64,000 nt of DNA from a virus, in the IMG/VR virus record IMGVR_UViG_3300012001_000008, positions 1 to 64,000 of that record, one strand, 5' to 3'. Shown in pieces: positions 55,221 through 64,000 of the stretch (position 1 is the first letter of the stretch; each line of letters begins with the position of its first letter). Below the pieces are notes generated by a model that had not been told where the DNA came from, did no database searches, and saw only the letters and a list, made by a program, of their open reading frames with translations. Both the position numbers and the translations under genes were made by a program.

Positions 55221-55918
55221 TTATTTTCCATCGCGTTCCTCACCAAACCATTTTTGGGTATCTGCCCATAGGTTCTTTATATTTTTATCAAGTAGTTCGT
55301 AGGCATAGCAACATGCGCAACGAGAACTTACTGGGCTATCTTTGAGTTCTGGAAAGTCCTCTAAGTCTAAGACTTCGCAACGCTTTCCCCATATTTTAGA
55401 ATAGGCTTTCTCAACCTTGCGCTTAAATACTTCGAAGTCTTTATCCATACTTCTATTATAGAGTATCGGTAGTATGTCCGCAAGCGTCATGTGTATTATT
55501 ATTCATCACCTCACGTTCTTGCTCGCACCAGTTACACTTCTCATAATGCCAATACCAACGAGACTCCTTGTCATCACCAACACCAGCGAATTGCCAGTTA
55601 TGGTTACAGGTCATTTGCTTCCATACCTTCTGTAGCTCAACTAAAAACATATTATTAACCACGGAAGCCCGCAATCTTACGCATATTTACTTCTGTGTTA
55701 TGCTTTGCTGTCTTTAGGTCATATAAGATATTATGGATAATTTGTCGTTCCTCGGAAGAGTTGTTATCGGTTAACTCCTGCATAAGCCCAGCACGAACTT
55801 TCTGTATCTCTTCTTGCGCGGCATACTTGCCTTCGAGGTCGGTGAACTTAATGTTCATCAGGCGTTCAATCTCGTATTCCTCACGCTTTGTTTCATCGAA
55901 TTGTTTTAAGTCTGTCAT
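55221..55918 (-). CDS. Small hypothetical genes (55221-55448, 55456-55653, 55655-55918)
   Basis: ORFs behind promoter 55952-55980. Confidence 0.6.
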
Positions 55919-56005
55919 TGTGTAAGCCTTTCTTAATGAATTACAACTTGAATTATGCTCTCAATTATGGCAAAACACAACCCCCTTTTCGTATAATAAG
56001 GATAT

Positions 56006-56395
56006 ATGTATTACAAACAAGGTGGAGTCTGGAAAAAAGACACCAAGAAAAACCTACAAATTGTCTCGCCTTCAACTTTGAAGCGTAAGCGTGACGCCTT
56101 TGAGCGCAAGAAGCTTACGCAAGCTTTCAAACGCTGGCGAAGTTACCAGTACAGGACTCAAGGGGGTCTCTGTTACTATTGTCTTCATCCGATTGATGGG
56201 GCTTGGCATACAGACCACTTTATACCACTGGGCAGGTTCTATGGCACTTCTGCCTACAAGAACCTGAGAGTCTGCTGCTCCCACTGTAACTACTACAAGT
56301 CCGTTCAATACCCCACCGCTCGCATACTTGCCGAGCTTAGGAGCGGTGTGGCTTGTCGTCATATTCACAAAGTCTCTAGAACCTCTGTCTTGTAA
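56006..56395 (+). CDS. HNH endonuclease
   Basis: CYYC...HTDHFIP...NLRVCCSHCNYYK. Confidence 0.85.
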   Translation: MYYKQGGVWKKDTKKNLQIVSPSTLKRKRDAFERKKLTQAFKRWRSYQYRTQGGLCYYCLHPIDGAWHTDHFIPLGRFYGTSAYKNLRVCCSHCNYYKSVQYPTARILAELRSGVACRHIHKVSRTSVL

Positions 56396-57126
56396 CCGTG
56401 GTTATTTAGCCGTAGCTCCCACGTTCCTTTACCCTTGCTCTGATATACCTTACAGTAATCTGGGTAGTCTTCGGCGAGAATCTTCGCAGCTCTCTCAATA
56501 ATCTTAGGTGTGCGCTTCTCTTGCATACCGCCTGGTTGCTTGTAATAAGCGGTGTTAACAGTGATGTAGTCAAATCTAACCAGTCCACCTTCTTCGGCAA
56601 ATACTTGGAATCCGCGACGGTAGTCATCTTTTTCATCTGTGAGGACATGGTGAGCCTCTGAACCTGTGTTAATTAGACCCCAGCAAGAACCAACCTGTAG
56701 GAATAGACCGCGTGTAATACGGGGCTTCATAAAGAAGGCGTTACGCGCTGCATAGATACCCCATGTACTTGTGCCGAGTTGGTGGCATAGTTCAAAGCCC
56801 TTTTTAGCAAAGTCGAGATTGCTCTCTACAAGCTTCTTGCCATCCTTAGATAGCTTCTCAAATGACTTAATATCATCATCTACGAATAGAATCTCTGTTC
56901 CCTTTGGGTAATAATCTAATATGCGCGAGACATTCTTGCTCTTGGTGGGGACGGAGTCTACAATCTTGACCATGCCACCAGTCTGACGGACATAGTCATC
57001 GTGTTCCTCTGGGTCGCTTAGGAAAACCGTGACATCAGCCAAATTAGCCCCACTACGAATAAGTGAGGCTATGGTTAGTTCAAAAATCTTATCGGCGCGA
57101 CGGTAGCTAGGAATTGCTATTTGCAT
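56365..57126 (-). CDS. TET-associated (GREB1-like, GT-A fold) glycosyltransferase
   Basis: IAIPSYRRA, FVDDDI, WGIY, EKDDY, PGGMQ motifs; adjacent to the oxygenase. Confidence 0.8.
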   Translation of the reverse strand: MQIAIPSYRRADKIFELTIASLIRSGANLADVTVFLSDPEEHDDYVRQTGGMVKIVDSVPTKSKNVSRILDYYPKGTEILFVDDDIKSFEKLSKDGKKLVESNLDFAKKGFELCHQLGTSTWGIYAARNAFFMKPRITRGLFLQVGSCWGLINTGSEAHHVLTDEKDDYRRGFQVFAEEGGLVRFDYITVNTAYYKQPGGMQEKRTPKIIERAAKILAEDYPDYCKVYQSKGKGTWELRLNNHGYKTEVLETL

Positions 57127-57964
57127 CTTTTTCCTCCTGAATCATACGGAGTAACTTTTCGAGTTTGCGGTCTTCTGCCTTCTTTGCATTGGCGACTTCA
57201 AGGGAGGTCTCAAGACAGTTCCACATTTGAACGAGTGAATAGAACACAATAGTGAAGCGATAAGATGCCTCAGTTGTACCCTTCATTGGAGTTACGCCAT
57301 GAACGAATCGCTGTCCGTCAAACATAGAGAGTGAACCGTTGCTAATCTTTAGGTTAACTTTTAGTTCAGGGATGTGGAGGTAGCCTCCCTTGATGTCCTT
57401 TTTGAGGCCAAGCATGATGGAGAATACGTCCTTAAAGTTACCAGTGTCCATGTGATACTTGAGTGGATTATTCTTGTTGATGATGCCACTAGTAAAGTGA
57501 GTCTCTGGCATGAGATATTCACCACGAACATTCGTAGCGAGTTCGGCGTGGTTTTTGTAACGCTTGTCGGCGTACTGGCTATATAATTCCTCGGCTGACT
57601 TAGCAACAGCAAACAGGTCGTCTTCTATAGACTTGTATTTGTTGCCGAAAGCAGTCTTCGAACAGGTCTTTTTACCAGCAAGACCAACCATGCGTGGACG
57701 GTAGCCGATAATCTCCGACTGAGTTACAAGTCCGTTTGTTCGCTTGTTAACAGAGAACTTGACCTTACTTAGGGCATTAATCATGCGGTCGGTGTCGAGG
57801 AGTTCGTCGGTGTCTTTGTAGATAAGTAGCGTTTCGCCAGTGTTCTTGTCTACAATGATGGTGTCCTCCGAGATGATTGGGTCATCATTCTCGAAGGCTT
57901 TTTGGCTTAGAAGCTCTTTAGTGTTATTTGGGGCTTCTGATAAATCAACGTATAGCGTCTTCAT
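57107..57964 (-). CDS. TET/JBP-like 2OG-Fe(II) dioxygenase
   Basis: FTSGIINKN, HMD (HxD), HGVTP, RFTIVFY. Confidence 0.85.
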   Translation of the reverse strand: MKTLYVDLSEAPNNTKELLSQKAFENDDPIISEDTIIVDKNTGETLLIYKDTDELLDTDRMINALSKVKFSVNKRTNGLVTQSEIIGYRPRMVGLAGKKTCSKTAFGNKYKSIEDDLFAVAKSAEELYSQYADKRYKNHAELATNVRGEYLMPETHFTSGIINKNNPLKYHMDTGNFKDVFSIMLGLKKDIKGGYLHIPELKVNLKISNGSLSMFDGQRFVHGVTPMKGTTEASYRFTIVFYSLVQMWNCLETSLEVANAKKAEDRKLEKLLRMIQEEKDANSNS

Positions 57965-58586
57965 ACTTCTCCTTTACAGCGGTTACGATTGCATCCGTAA
58001 CGGTATCTACGCCATAAAGTTCACGGAAGTAATTTGCGTAGGTCATAAACTCTACGAATGAGGCTTTGTCGAACGTAAGGGATACGCTCATAGAATCACG
58101 AAGTTCAGTATCGGCGAGTGCATCTCCTGGTGTGCGAGTTCCTTCTGGGACTTGGGTAACTTCTTCACCGAGTTCGTAGAAGCGAATGCCATCAAAGTTA
58201 GTCAGTTCGAATACTTCGGCTTCTGGCAGTTCGTAGGTAGCGATAAAGTTATCAATACCCTCTTGGGTGATTGTACCGTATTGCGAAGTAATTTGTAGAA
58301 GGCGAGCCATAGCTGCATTCATGTCTGGCGCATCAAGTGTGATATAAGGAATCGGCTCGTTCCAGCCTTCTGTCTGCAAGACGTGTTGGCGTTGGTGTCC
58401 GTCTAGTAGCCACTTCTGACCAGTCTCATCAATCCAAGCAACGAGAGGAATATCAAATCCGTTTTTCTCGATAGCTTTCTTTAGCTTTGCATAATTATCT
58501 TTGCTAAGGTATTTGAGTTCGCCTTGGCTTGCTTCAAACTCCGTTATAGGCGCTGTTGGCAACTTGTTGGGGTTATTTACTTGCAT
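57945..58586 (-). CDS. ParB/sulfiredoxin N-terminal domain protein
   Basis: LKKAIEKNGF..P, LLDGHQR. Confidence 0.85.
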   Translation of the reverse strand: MQVNNPNKLPTAPITEFEASQGELKYLSKDNYAKLKKAIEKNGFDIPLVAWIDETGQKWLLDGHQRQHVLQTEGWNEPIPYITLDAPDMNAAMARLLQITSQYGTITQEGIDNFIATYELPEAEVFELTNFDGIRFYELGEEVTQVPEGTRTPGDALADTELRDSMSVSLTFDKASFVEFMTYANYFRELYGVDTVTDAIVTAVKEKYEDAIR

Positions 58587-58603
58587 GTTATTCCTTTTTT
58601 ATT

Positions 58604-60064
58604 TTATTCTTCACCGCGAATGATGTGTGATTCAAGTTCTTCGAGTTCTTCTTCTGTGGCGAGGCGCTCTTCATCTACTGGGAAGTCATCACTTCCGTAC
58701 ACGTCTAGGGCATCGTCAAAGCGTTCAAGTTCTGCAAAAATAAAAGCACCAATTCTTCGTTTGATAGTTTCAATTTTGTCTGATATTTTTTCTACAATTG
58801 GTGGTTTTTCCATATCGCTATTATACCTTATTTATGTTTGTACACTAGTTCTTGGATTATCACCGCTACACCACTCATTATGAGCGTATAGATGATAAAT
58901 GTCAATATACTAGTTGAGATGAGGATTGCGAATAGTCCCGCAACCCATACAGATACACAGTAGAAGCAACTAACAAGGTCATATAGCCCACCTGAGCGCT
59001 TCTGCCGTTTAGCGAGTAAGGCTCTAGCGCGAACAAAGATGTCGAGTGGACCACGTTCAGTCCATAGGATTCTTGATAAGCGCCAGACACCTACTCCGAG
59101 TAGTACTAGAAGCCAACAATCCATCGTATGAGCTTAACCGTTACGGCTACGATAATTGCGACGATACAAAGTCCGATGACTATGCCAGCCACTCTCGCAG
59201 CTTTGCCGTCTTGTGGTTGATTTACCATTACACTTCCTCCATTTCGATTTCGTTATCTTCCTCTACCTCTTCTGGGTGTTCCTCAATTTGCTTGAGACGG
59301 TCTTCGTGGCTAGAAATTGCATTCTTGTACACGTTGATACGACCTTGGTGGAACATCTTTTCTACTTCGACGGTGTTAACCTCTTTTAGCAAGCCTTCGA
59401 GGACAGCCTTACAGTCTGCGTAAGAGTAGTAAGACATGGCAATAGGCTGGATTTCTTTTTTCAGTCCATTAATCATAAAGCTATACTTAACCTTGCCTGG
59501 CTCAAGCGAGCTAGTGCTAATCTGCACGGTATAGTCGAGAGTGTTGTCCTTAAATGCGAGACGGATTACCTTGCGTACAAGCTTCTCTAGCTCGATGACG
59601 CTCTCTGTTGGTGTTGATGGTTTTGCCATTAATGTGCCTTCCTAAATGCTTTTTTTGATTTTGCTCGTGCAAGTTGCAACGAATGAGTTGATTTTGTGTA
59701 TTTTGGGTCAGTCGCTGGACGCTGACGACGAGCTGCGCGAGTCTTAATGACCATGTTGCCATCATTGTCGAAAGTAGTGATACCACCATGTTCTGCGAAA
59801 TACTCGATTTCCTCTTGGGTTAGTTCTACTTTTGCCTGTTCCATACTATGCTACTTCCGTGAAGTCGATGTAGTAGCTTTTCCCTACAACAAACTGGTCT
59901 GCTGTTGACTCTTGCACTAGACCCATTTCTAAGACACCACTTGGCGTGTACTTAAAGAAGGTCGCATTCTCTGCGCTTGAGCCAATAACTGCCGTTAAGC
60001 GTACTCGGTAGCCGTCTTTGACCTCTGTTTTAGATTCTACTGTGAACTTTGCTCGTGTTGCCAT
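58604..60064 (-). CDS. Hypothetical genes (58604-58813, 58828-59124 DUF1360-like membrane protein with CFYC, 59228-59629, 59629-59844, 59846-60064)
   Basis: Closely spaced ORFs on one strand. Confidence 0.65.
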
Positions 60065-60112
60065 ATTATCTCCTATTTCTATTGTATCTTTAGTACTTAA
60101 GGTTGTCAAGCA

Positions 60113-60850
60113 TTATAACGCTTTTAGGTCTGCTTGTAGTTGGGCGATGTTTAAGTTGCCGACGCTGACACCATTCTTGAGCATTTCTTCACTGAGGTAT
60201 ACGATACTTTCATCGTTATACTTCTTAAAGAATCCCCATGTCATCTTCTGCACTTTTCCCCAAGTAACGACATAAACATAGCGCCTGTCATAGCCGATAG
60301 CAGGGATGTAGTGTCCACCTTCGATTGCTGAACGAACGATTCGCCATGGCTTATCATCGTTAAATTGCTTCATAGCGCTTCCTGGGAAGTTAATACCAAG
60401 ACCAACAACTCCGAAAGTTGAGATAGCCTGCTTAAGTTGTGTTACGTTTGAAGCCTCCAAAGCAAGATAGGCTGCAACCTTGTGTCGCTTACCCTGTGTA
60501 TCGACAATACCGACATTCTGACGATACTTCGCTGCAACTGCCATATCAGTACCTTGGTCTGAGTTAGGGTCATTTGGGTTAAACCCTGTTACTGCTGAGT
60601 AGTCTGAAAGCGAGTTCGAGTCGTTGATTATAACATTAACAGTTGCTTCATTATTCCAAAGCATTGTTTCGTGTCCAGCACCTGCCCAAACACAGTCGCC
60701 ATAAGAGTCGTTTCCAAGTACGCCCCAGATGCCTGGATAGTACTTATTAGCCGTGTAAGAGCTTGGTGGTTTTGGCAATTCTGTTAAGTAAGCCTTTAGT
60801 TTGAATGATACAGCGTTTGGTCGCGCTGGTAGTTTACCGAGTTTATACAT
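60113..60850 (-). CDS. Papain-like (C1-type) cysteine peptidase
   Basis: GNDSYGDCV, GGHYI, VTWG. Confidence 0.7.
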   Translation of the reverse strand: MYKLGKLPARPNAVSFKLKAYLTELPKPPSSYTANKYYPGIWGVLGNDSYGDCVWAGAGHETMLWNNEATVNVIINDSNSLSDYSAVTGFNPNDPNSDQGTDMAVAAKYRQNVGIVDTQGKRHKVAAYLALEASNVTQLKQAISTFGVVGLGINFPGSAMKQFNDDKPWRIVRSAIEGGHYIPAIGYDRRYVYVVTWGKVQKMTWGFFKKYNDESIVYLSEEMLKNGVSVGNLNIAQLQADLKAL

Positions 60851-60859
60851 TTGTTCTCC

Positions 60860-61924
60860 TTATTTATTCCTACCTACTATTATATCGGTTCGGTCATTAG
60901 AGAACTTTAGCCGTGCGCAGATGCCAATGTTAATCTCGCGCGAGATAGCTCTCTGCTGTTCATAGCTAATATAACCATACTCGCTAAACTTACGAGATGC
61001 TGGCATAGATACCTTTTCTAGCCACTTCTTCCAACGAGCATCTACATCGTCTTCCTCGAAGAAGATTGGATTAGCATGAGAAGCTTCCATATCGAATCCA
61101 TAGTGACTCTTTTCGTACTCGTTACCAACTGGCTTGTACTGGTTTAACATGAACGAAAGCTCTGGTAGCATAAAACGAAGTACACCAAAATCTTCCATCA
61201 ACTGAATACCAGTACTGGAATACTCACCCATAAGTAGCTTATCTATCTCTTGTACCCAGCGCTCTCTTGATACGTCTAAAATACGAGCTGCAAGCTGTCT
61301 TGCCTTACCAGTAAAGTTTGGGTCAACAGTGAAGCCGTAACGCGCTGCAAATCGAGCTGCACGAAGCATACGGAGAGGGTCTTCCTGAATCCTATCCTTT
61401 GGAAGTCCAACTGTAACAATCTTCTTTCCATGAATATGTAGCTTACCACCGTATGGGTCATAGATAGTTCCGTCTGGGCGAAGCACCATAGCGTTCATCG
61501 TGAAGTCACGGCGAGCAAGGTCTGAATCAATATCTGTCACAAAAGTAACATCAGGTTGACGGCTCTTGCTCGTATAAACCTCGGTGCGGAAAGTAGTTAC
61601 CTCTACATATTCATAAACGGTGTGAAACTCCTTGTACCTTTCTACGTCACCCCATACCTTCTTCATTTCTTCGTTTGTTGGAACCTCAACTGGAACCTTG
61701 AAACCGATAGTGCCATGCTTCTTGCCATTACCAACAAAGTAAGCGTGGCGTCCAGCGTCATGCACGAGCTTCTCCATTTCTTCAACAAGTAACGGGGTGG
61801 TGAAGTCGTAGTCCTTCGGAGTATTGCCCATAACGATGTCTCGCACTGCGCCACCAACAAGATATACCTCGTCTGTACCGAGAATCCTTATTACTTCTTG
61901 CTGAATTGCTAGTGCCTTTTCCAT
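60860..61924 (-). CDS. cca: CCA-adding tRNA nucleotidyltransferase family enzyme
   Basis: YLVGGAVRD, DYD, EVTTFR, DLARRDFTMNAM, EDPLRMLRAARF, SRERW; no obvious HD domain. Confidence 0.9.
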   Translation of the reverse strand: MEKALAIQQEVIRILGTDEVYLVGGAVRDIVMGNTPKDYDFTTPLLVEEMEKLVHDAGRHAYFVGNGKKHGTIGFKVPVEVPTNEEMKKVWGDVERYKEFHTVYEYVEVTTFRTEVYTSKSRQPDVTFVTDIDSDLARRDFTMNAMVLRPDGTIYDPYGGKLHIHGKKIVTVGLPKDRIQEDPLRMLRAARFAARYGFTVDPNFTGKARQLAARILDVSRERWVQEIDKLLMGEYSSTGIQLMEDFGVLRFMLPELSFMLNQYKPVGNEYEKSHYGFDMEASHANPIFFEEDDVDARWKKWLEKVSMPASRKFSEYGYISYEQQRAISREINIGICARLKFSNDRTDIIVGRNK

Positions 61925-62217
61925 TACTTCTTAATCCCTAACTTTAGGTCTACTTTTTTGTATAATATCTGTGCGACGGCTTTTATAACCCTATCGTCGA
62001 ATGCTTCTTCTTTTGAAAGCCAATATAGTGAACGGCTCTTTACGGCTTTGTCAATTAAGTTGTCCATACTTAACTCGTCTGGTAGCAACTGCTTAACACG
62101 CTTATCTACTAGGCTTTCAATAGAAGCCTCAACCATGTCACGGATTTCTTGCTTTGTGATTCCCACTTCGTTATAAATAGCGTTGCGGAGTCTGTTTAGG
62201 TCTTGTTTATCTGCCAT
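61924..62217 (-). CDS. Hypothetical protein
   Basis: 97 aa, coupled on both sides. Confidence 0.65.
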   Translation of the reverse strand: MADKQDLNRLRNAIYNEVGITKQEIRDMVEASIESLVDKRVKQLLPDELSMDNLIDKAVKSRSLYWLSKEEAFDDRVIKAVAQILYKKVDLKLGIKK

Positions 62218-62903
62218 TACATATTCTCTTTTCTAATCTTATAAAGAAGTGCGTCAATCGCCTTCCAGTTTGGTTCGTCTGGGAGAACCGATACAATGTA
62301 CTCCATCTTCTTGTCCTCGGCGATGAATGCGTCCACAACAGTGTCTGGCGTTTGCTCACCCATCTTAAATAGCCACTCGCGCTGTTCTGGTGTTACTCGA
62401 ACAGTTAGTTCACCAGTCTCTAGTAGCTGTCGCGCCTGTAATAGAAGACGGAAACAGTGTCGAGTATGCTTGGCGAAACGGTTCTTTAGGGCGCTATCAT
62501 AGCCGTCCTTACCTTCTGCTTGGCGACGGCTAAGGCTAAGTGCCTGTCCCATGGCGTAGCCTCTGTACGCATTCATAACAGCCTTAGTAGACAAAAATGC
62601 CTTGCGGTTCTCTACTAGTAGCTTGCCAATTGGCGATAGGATTGTGTATTCCTCTAGCCATAACAGTTCTGAGACTGTTGGGTTTCCGCCGATGACTAGT
62701 TTCATAAACTTACCCACCTCGTGATATACCCAGTCTGGGTCTGTGTGGTCTACGGTTGTCTTAGCTGGATTAAAACTTAAAGATAACACATCTTTCGTAG
62801 GCAATAGGTAAACACCCTTGATGTCTACATCAGAGTTCTCTGTTGCGAGTCCGTAGGCTGTTGAACCTGTTACGCCTTCTAGAATTATGTTATCTGGCTT
62901 CAT
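62217..62903 (-). CDS. Pol-beta superfamily nucleotidyltransferase (YcgL/RlaP-like)
   Basis: GSTAYGLATENSDVDIKG, GNP, KHTRHCFRLL. Confidence 0.85.
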   Translation of the reverse strand: MKPDNIILEGVTGSTAYGLATENSDVDIKGVYLLPTKDVLSLSFNPAKTTVDHTDPDWVYHEVGKFMKLVIGGNPTVSELLWLEEYTILSPIGKLLVENRKAFLSTKAVMNAYRGYAMGQALSLSRRQAEGKDGYDSALKNRFAKHTRHCFRLLLQARQLLETGELTVRVTPEQREWLFKMGEQTPDTVVDAFIAEDKKMEYIVSVLPDEPNWKAIDALLYKIRKENM

Positions 62904-63821
62904 TACTTCAATTCCCTCACATAGCGACCCTTAATTCTATTCCCATAATCGCCAGATTCTACTTTGGCTAGGATTTCGTCAATGATTTTTAGGTCGCTCT
63001 TTTTTACTTCTAATTGTTCTGTTTTCGCGCGAGCAGGTGGTTTTCCAGCACTAACATAAGCATAACTACTATCGTTCTTATCTTGCAACACTTTTGTGAA
63101 GCTGATAGGTTCTTCGTCACTACGATAGATATATGTCCATATAAGTGTCTTGACAGGAGTCTCACGTTTGCGCAACTTCTTTTCAGTCCTATGACCATAC
63201 CAAGAGTTGTTATTGACCTCGACTTCATATTCTTCCATCGTGTCCCAGACCTCACCAAGACAAACATCAATCTGAGTAATAGTCTTTATATACTCCACCC
63301 TGTTCCCACTTAGTTGTCTTGCTAGCTTTCTTCATCGCTGCCTTGTGCGCCATATCTGCGGTTGCATCTTTATATGCTTGCATACCTTCGTGGATAAGTC
63401 CTGGCTGTCCACCCTTGCGAGCAAACATGACTTTCTCTTTAATAAGACCATTCTCGATGTGACTATTTCTGATTAAGTCTGCAAGGACTGCATCATTAAC
63501 ACCTATGTTAAACTTAACGCCATCTTTTTCTACCTCACATTGCCAAAAAGACAGACGACCACCCTGCGAAGAACCACCTGCTGATTGTAGAATCTTAGCA
63601 GTGAAGCCCTTATTTTCGAACGTGTGGATTTCTGGCTCGTGAGTCTTCACATACTCTTTCTTCTCATAGTCATATTCACGTTCGGTTGCCCAGCTCTTGG
63701 CTGACTCTAGCCCTTTTTTATCTTTAGCATCAACAATATAGCCAGTGAAGTCTCTGCGTCCAGGAACCGTCTTTACTGCGACGGTTATATTATCCATTAG
63801 AACCCAGTAGTTATAAGCCAT
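62903..63821 (-). CDS. Hypothetical protein, probably one gene split by a 1-nt insertion near 63285
   Basis: Overlapping ORFs 63267..63821 and 62903..63298 join as GGVYK-TITQIDVCLG if one A is removed. Confidence 0.55.
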
Positions 63822-64000
63822 TAGAACCTCTCAGCCAACCACTTAAGTGTTTTACGCATGAACCGAGGAGTACCGTCATAACTAGTCATAAAGTCGTATG
63901 AACGGAATCCGCGAGCAACATGATTAAGCGCTTTGTACGCATCTTCATATTTGTTGCCTTCGCCGGTGTATAGGTCGAAACTCTCAAAGATTTGACGCTT

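Noticed and set aside
1-64000. Integrase, reverse transcriptase/DGR, DNA polymerase, rRNA
   Set aside because: No supporting motifs found in this window; lifestyle and replication module cannot be judged from it.

Overview
A 64-kb segment of a tailed dsDNA (siphovirus-like) phage genome using the standard genetic code. The host is probably Saccharibacteria/CPR; this is inferred from two proteins ending in DLSEIPF, an AGAAAGG-type RBS, a small protein ending CEGCQ and a G5-domain lysin. The minus strand carries a complete but rearranged morphogenesis module: terminases, portal, MuF fused to an ADP-ribosyltransferase, tail-tip/fibre genes, a protease-scaffold-capsid fusion, neck, tail tube, tape measure, lysin and holin. 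The window also has 11 CCA-encoding tRNA genes, RNA-end repair enzymes, a ParB/TET-JBP/glycosyltransferase DNA-modification cluster, and many small genes behind at least 17 copies of a TTGTGT-N17-(C/T)ATA(A/C)T promoter. The most striking unannotated signal precedes the tRNA operon: a 29-codon leader ORF made almost entirely of the eight amino acids carried by those tRNAs, followed by overlapping antiterminator and terminator hairpins. This looks like a ribosome-stalling attenuator that switches on phage tRNAs when translation is starved. Other non-coding candidates are a promoter/terminator-bounded array of three long-stem RNAs (45983-46466), a ~95-nt sRNA displaying the exact complement of the phage's own RBS (54540-54637), and a ~300-nt structured RNA (54168-54478). 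Protein family calls come from motif recognition by eye, not database searches. A few apparent 1-nt indels suggest assembly errors.
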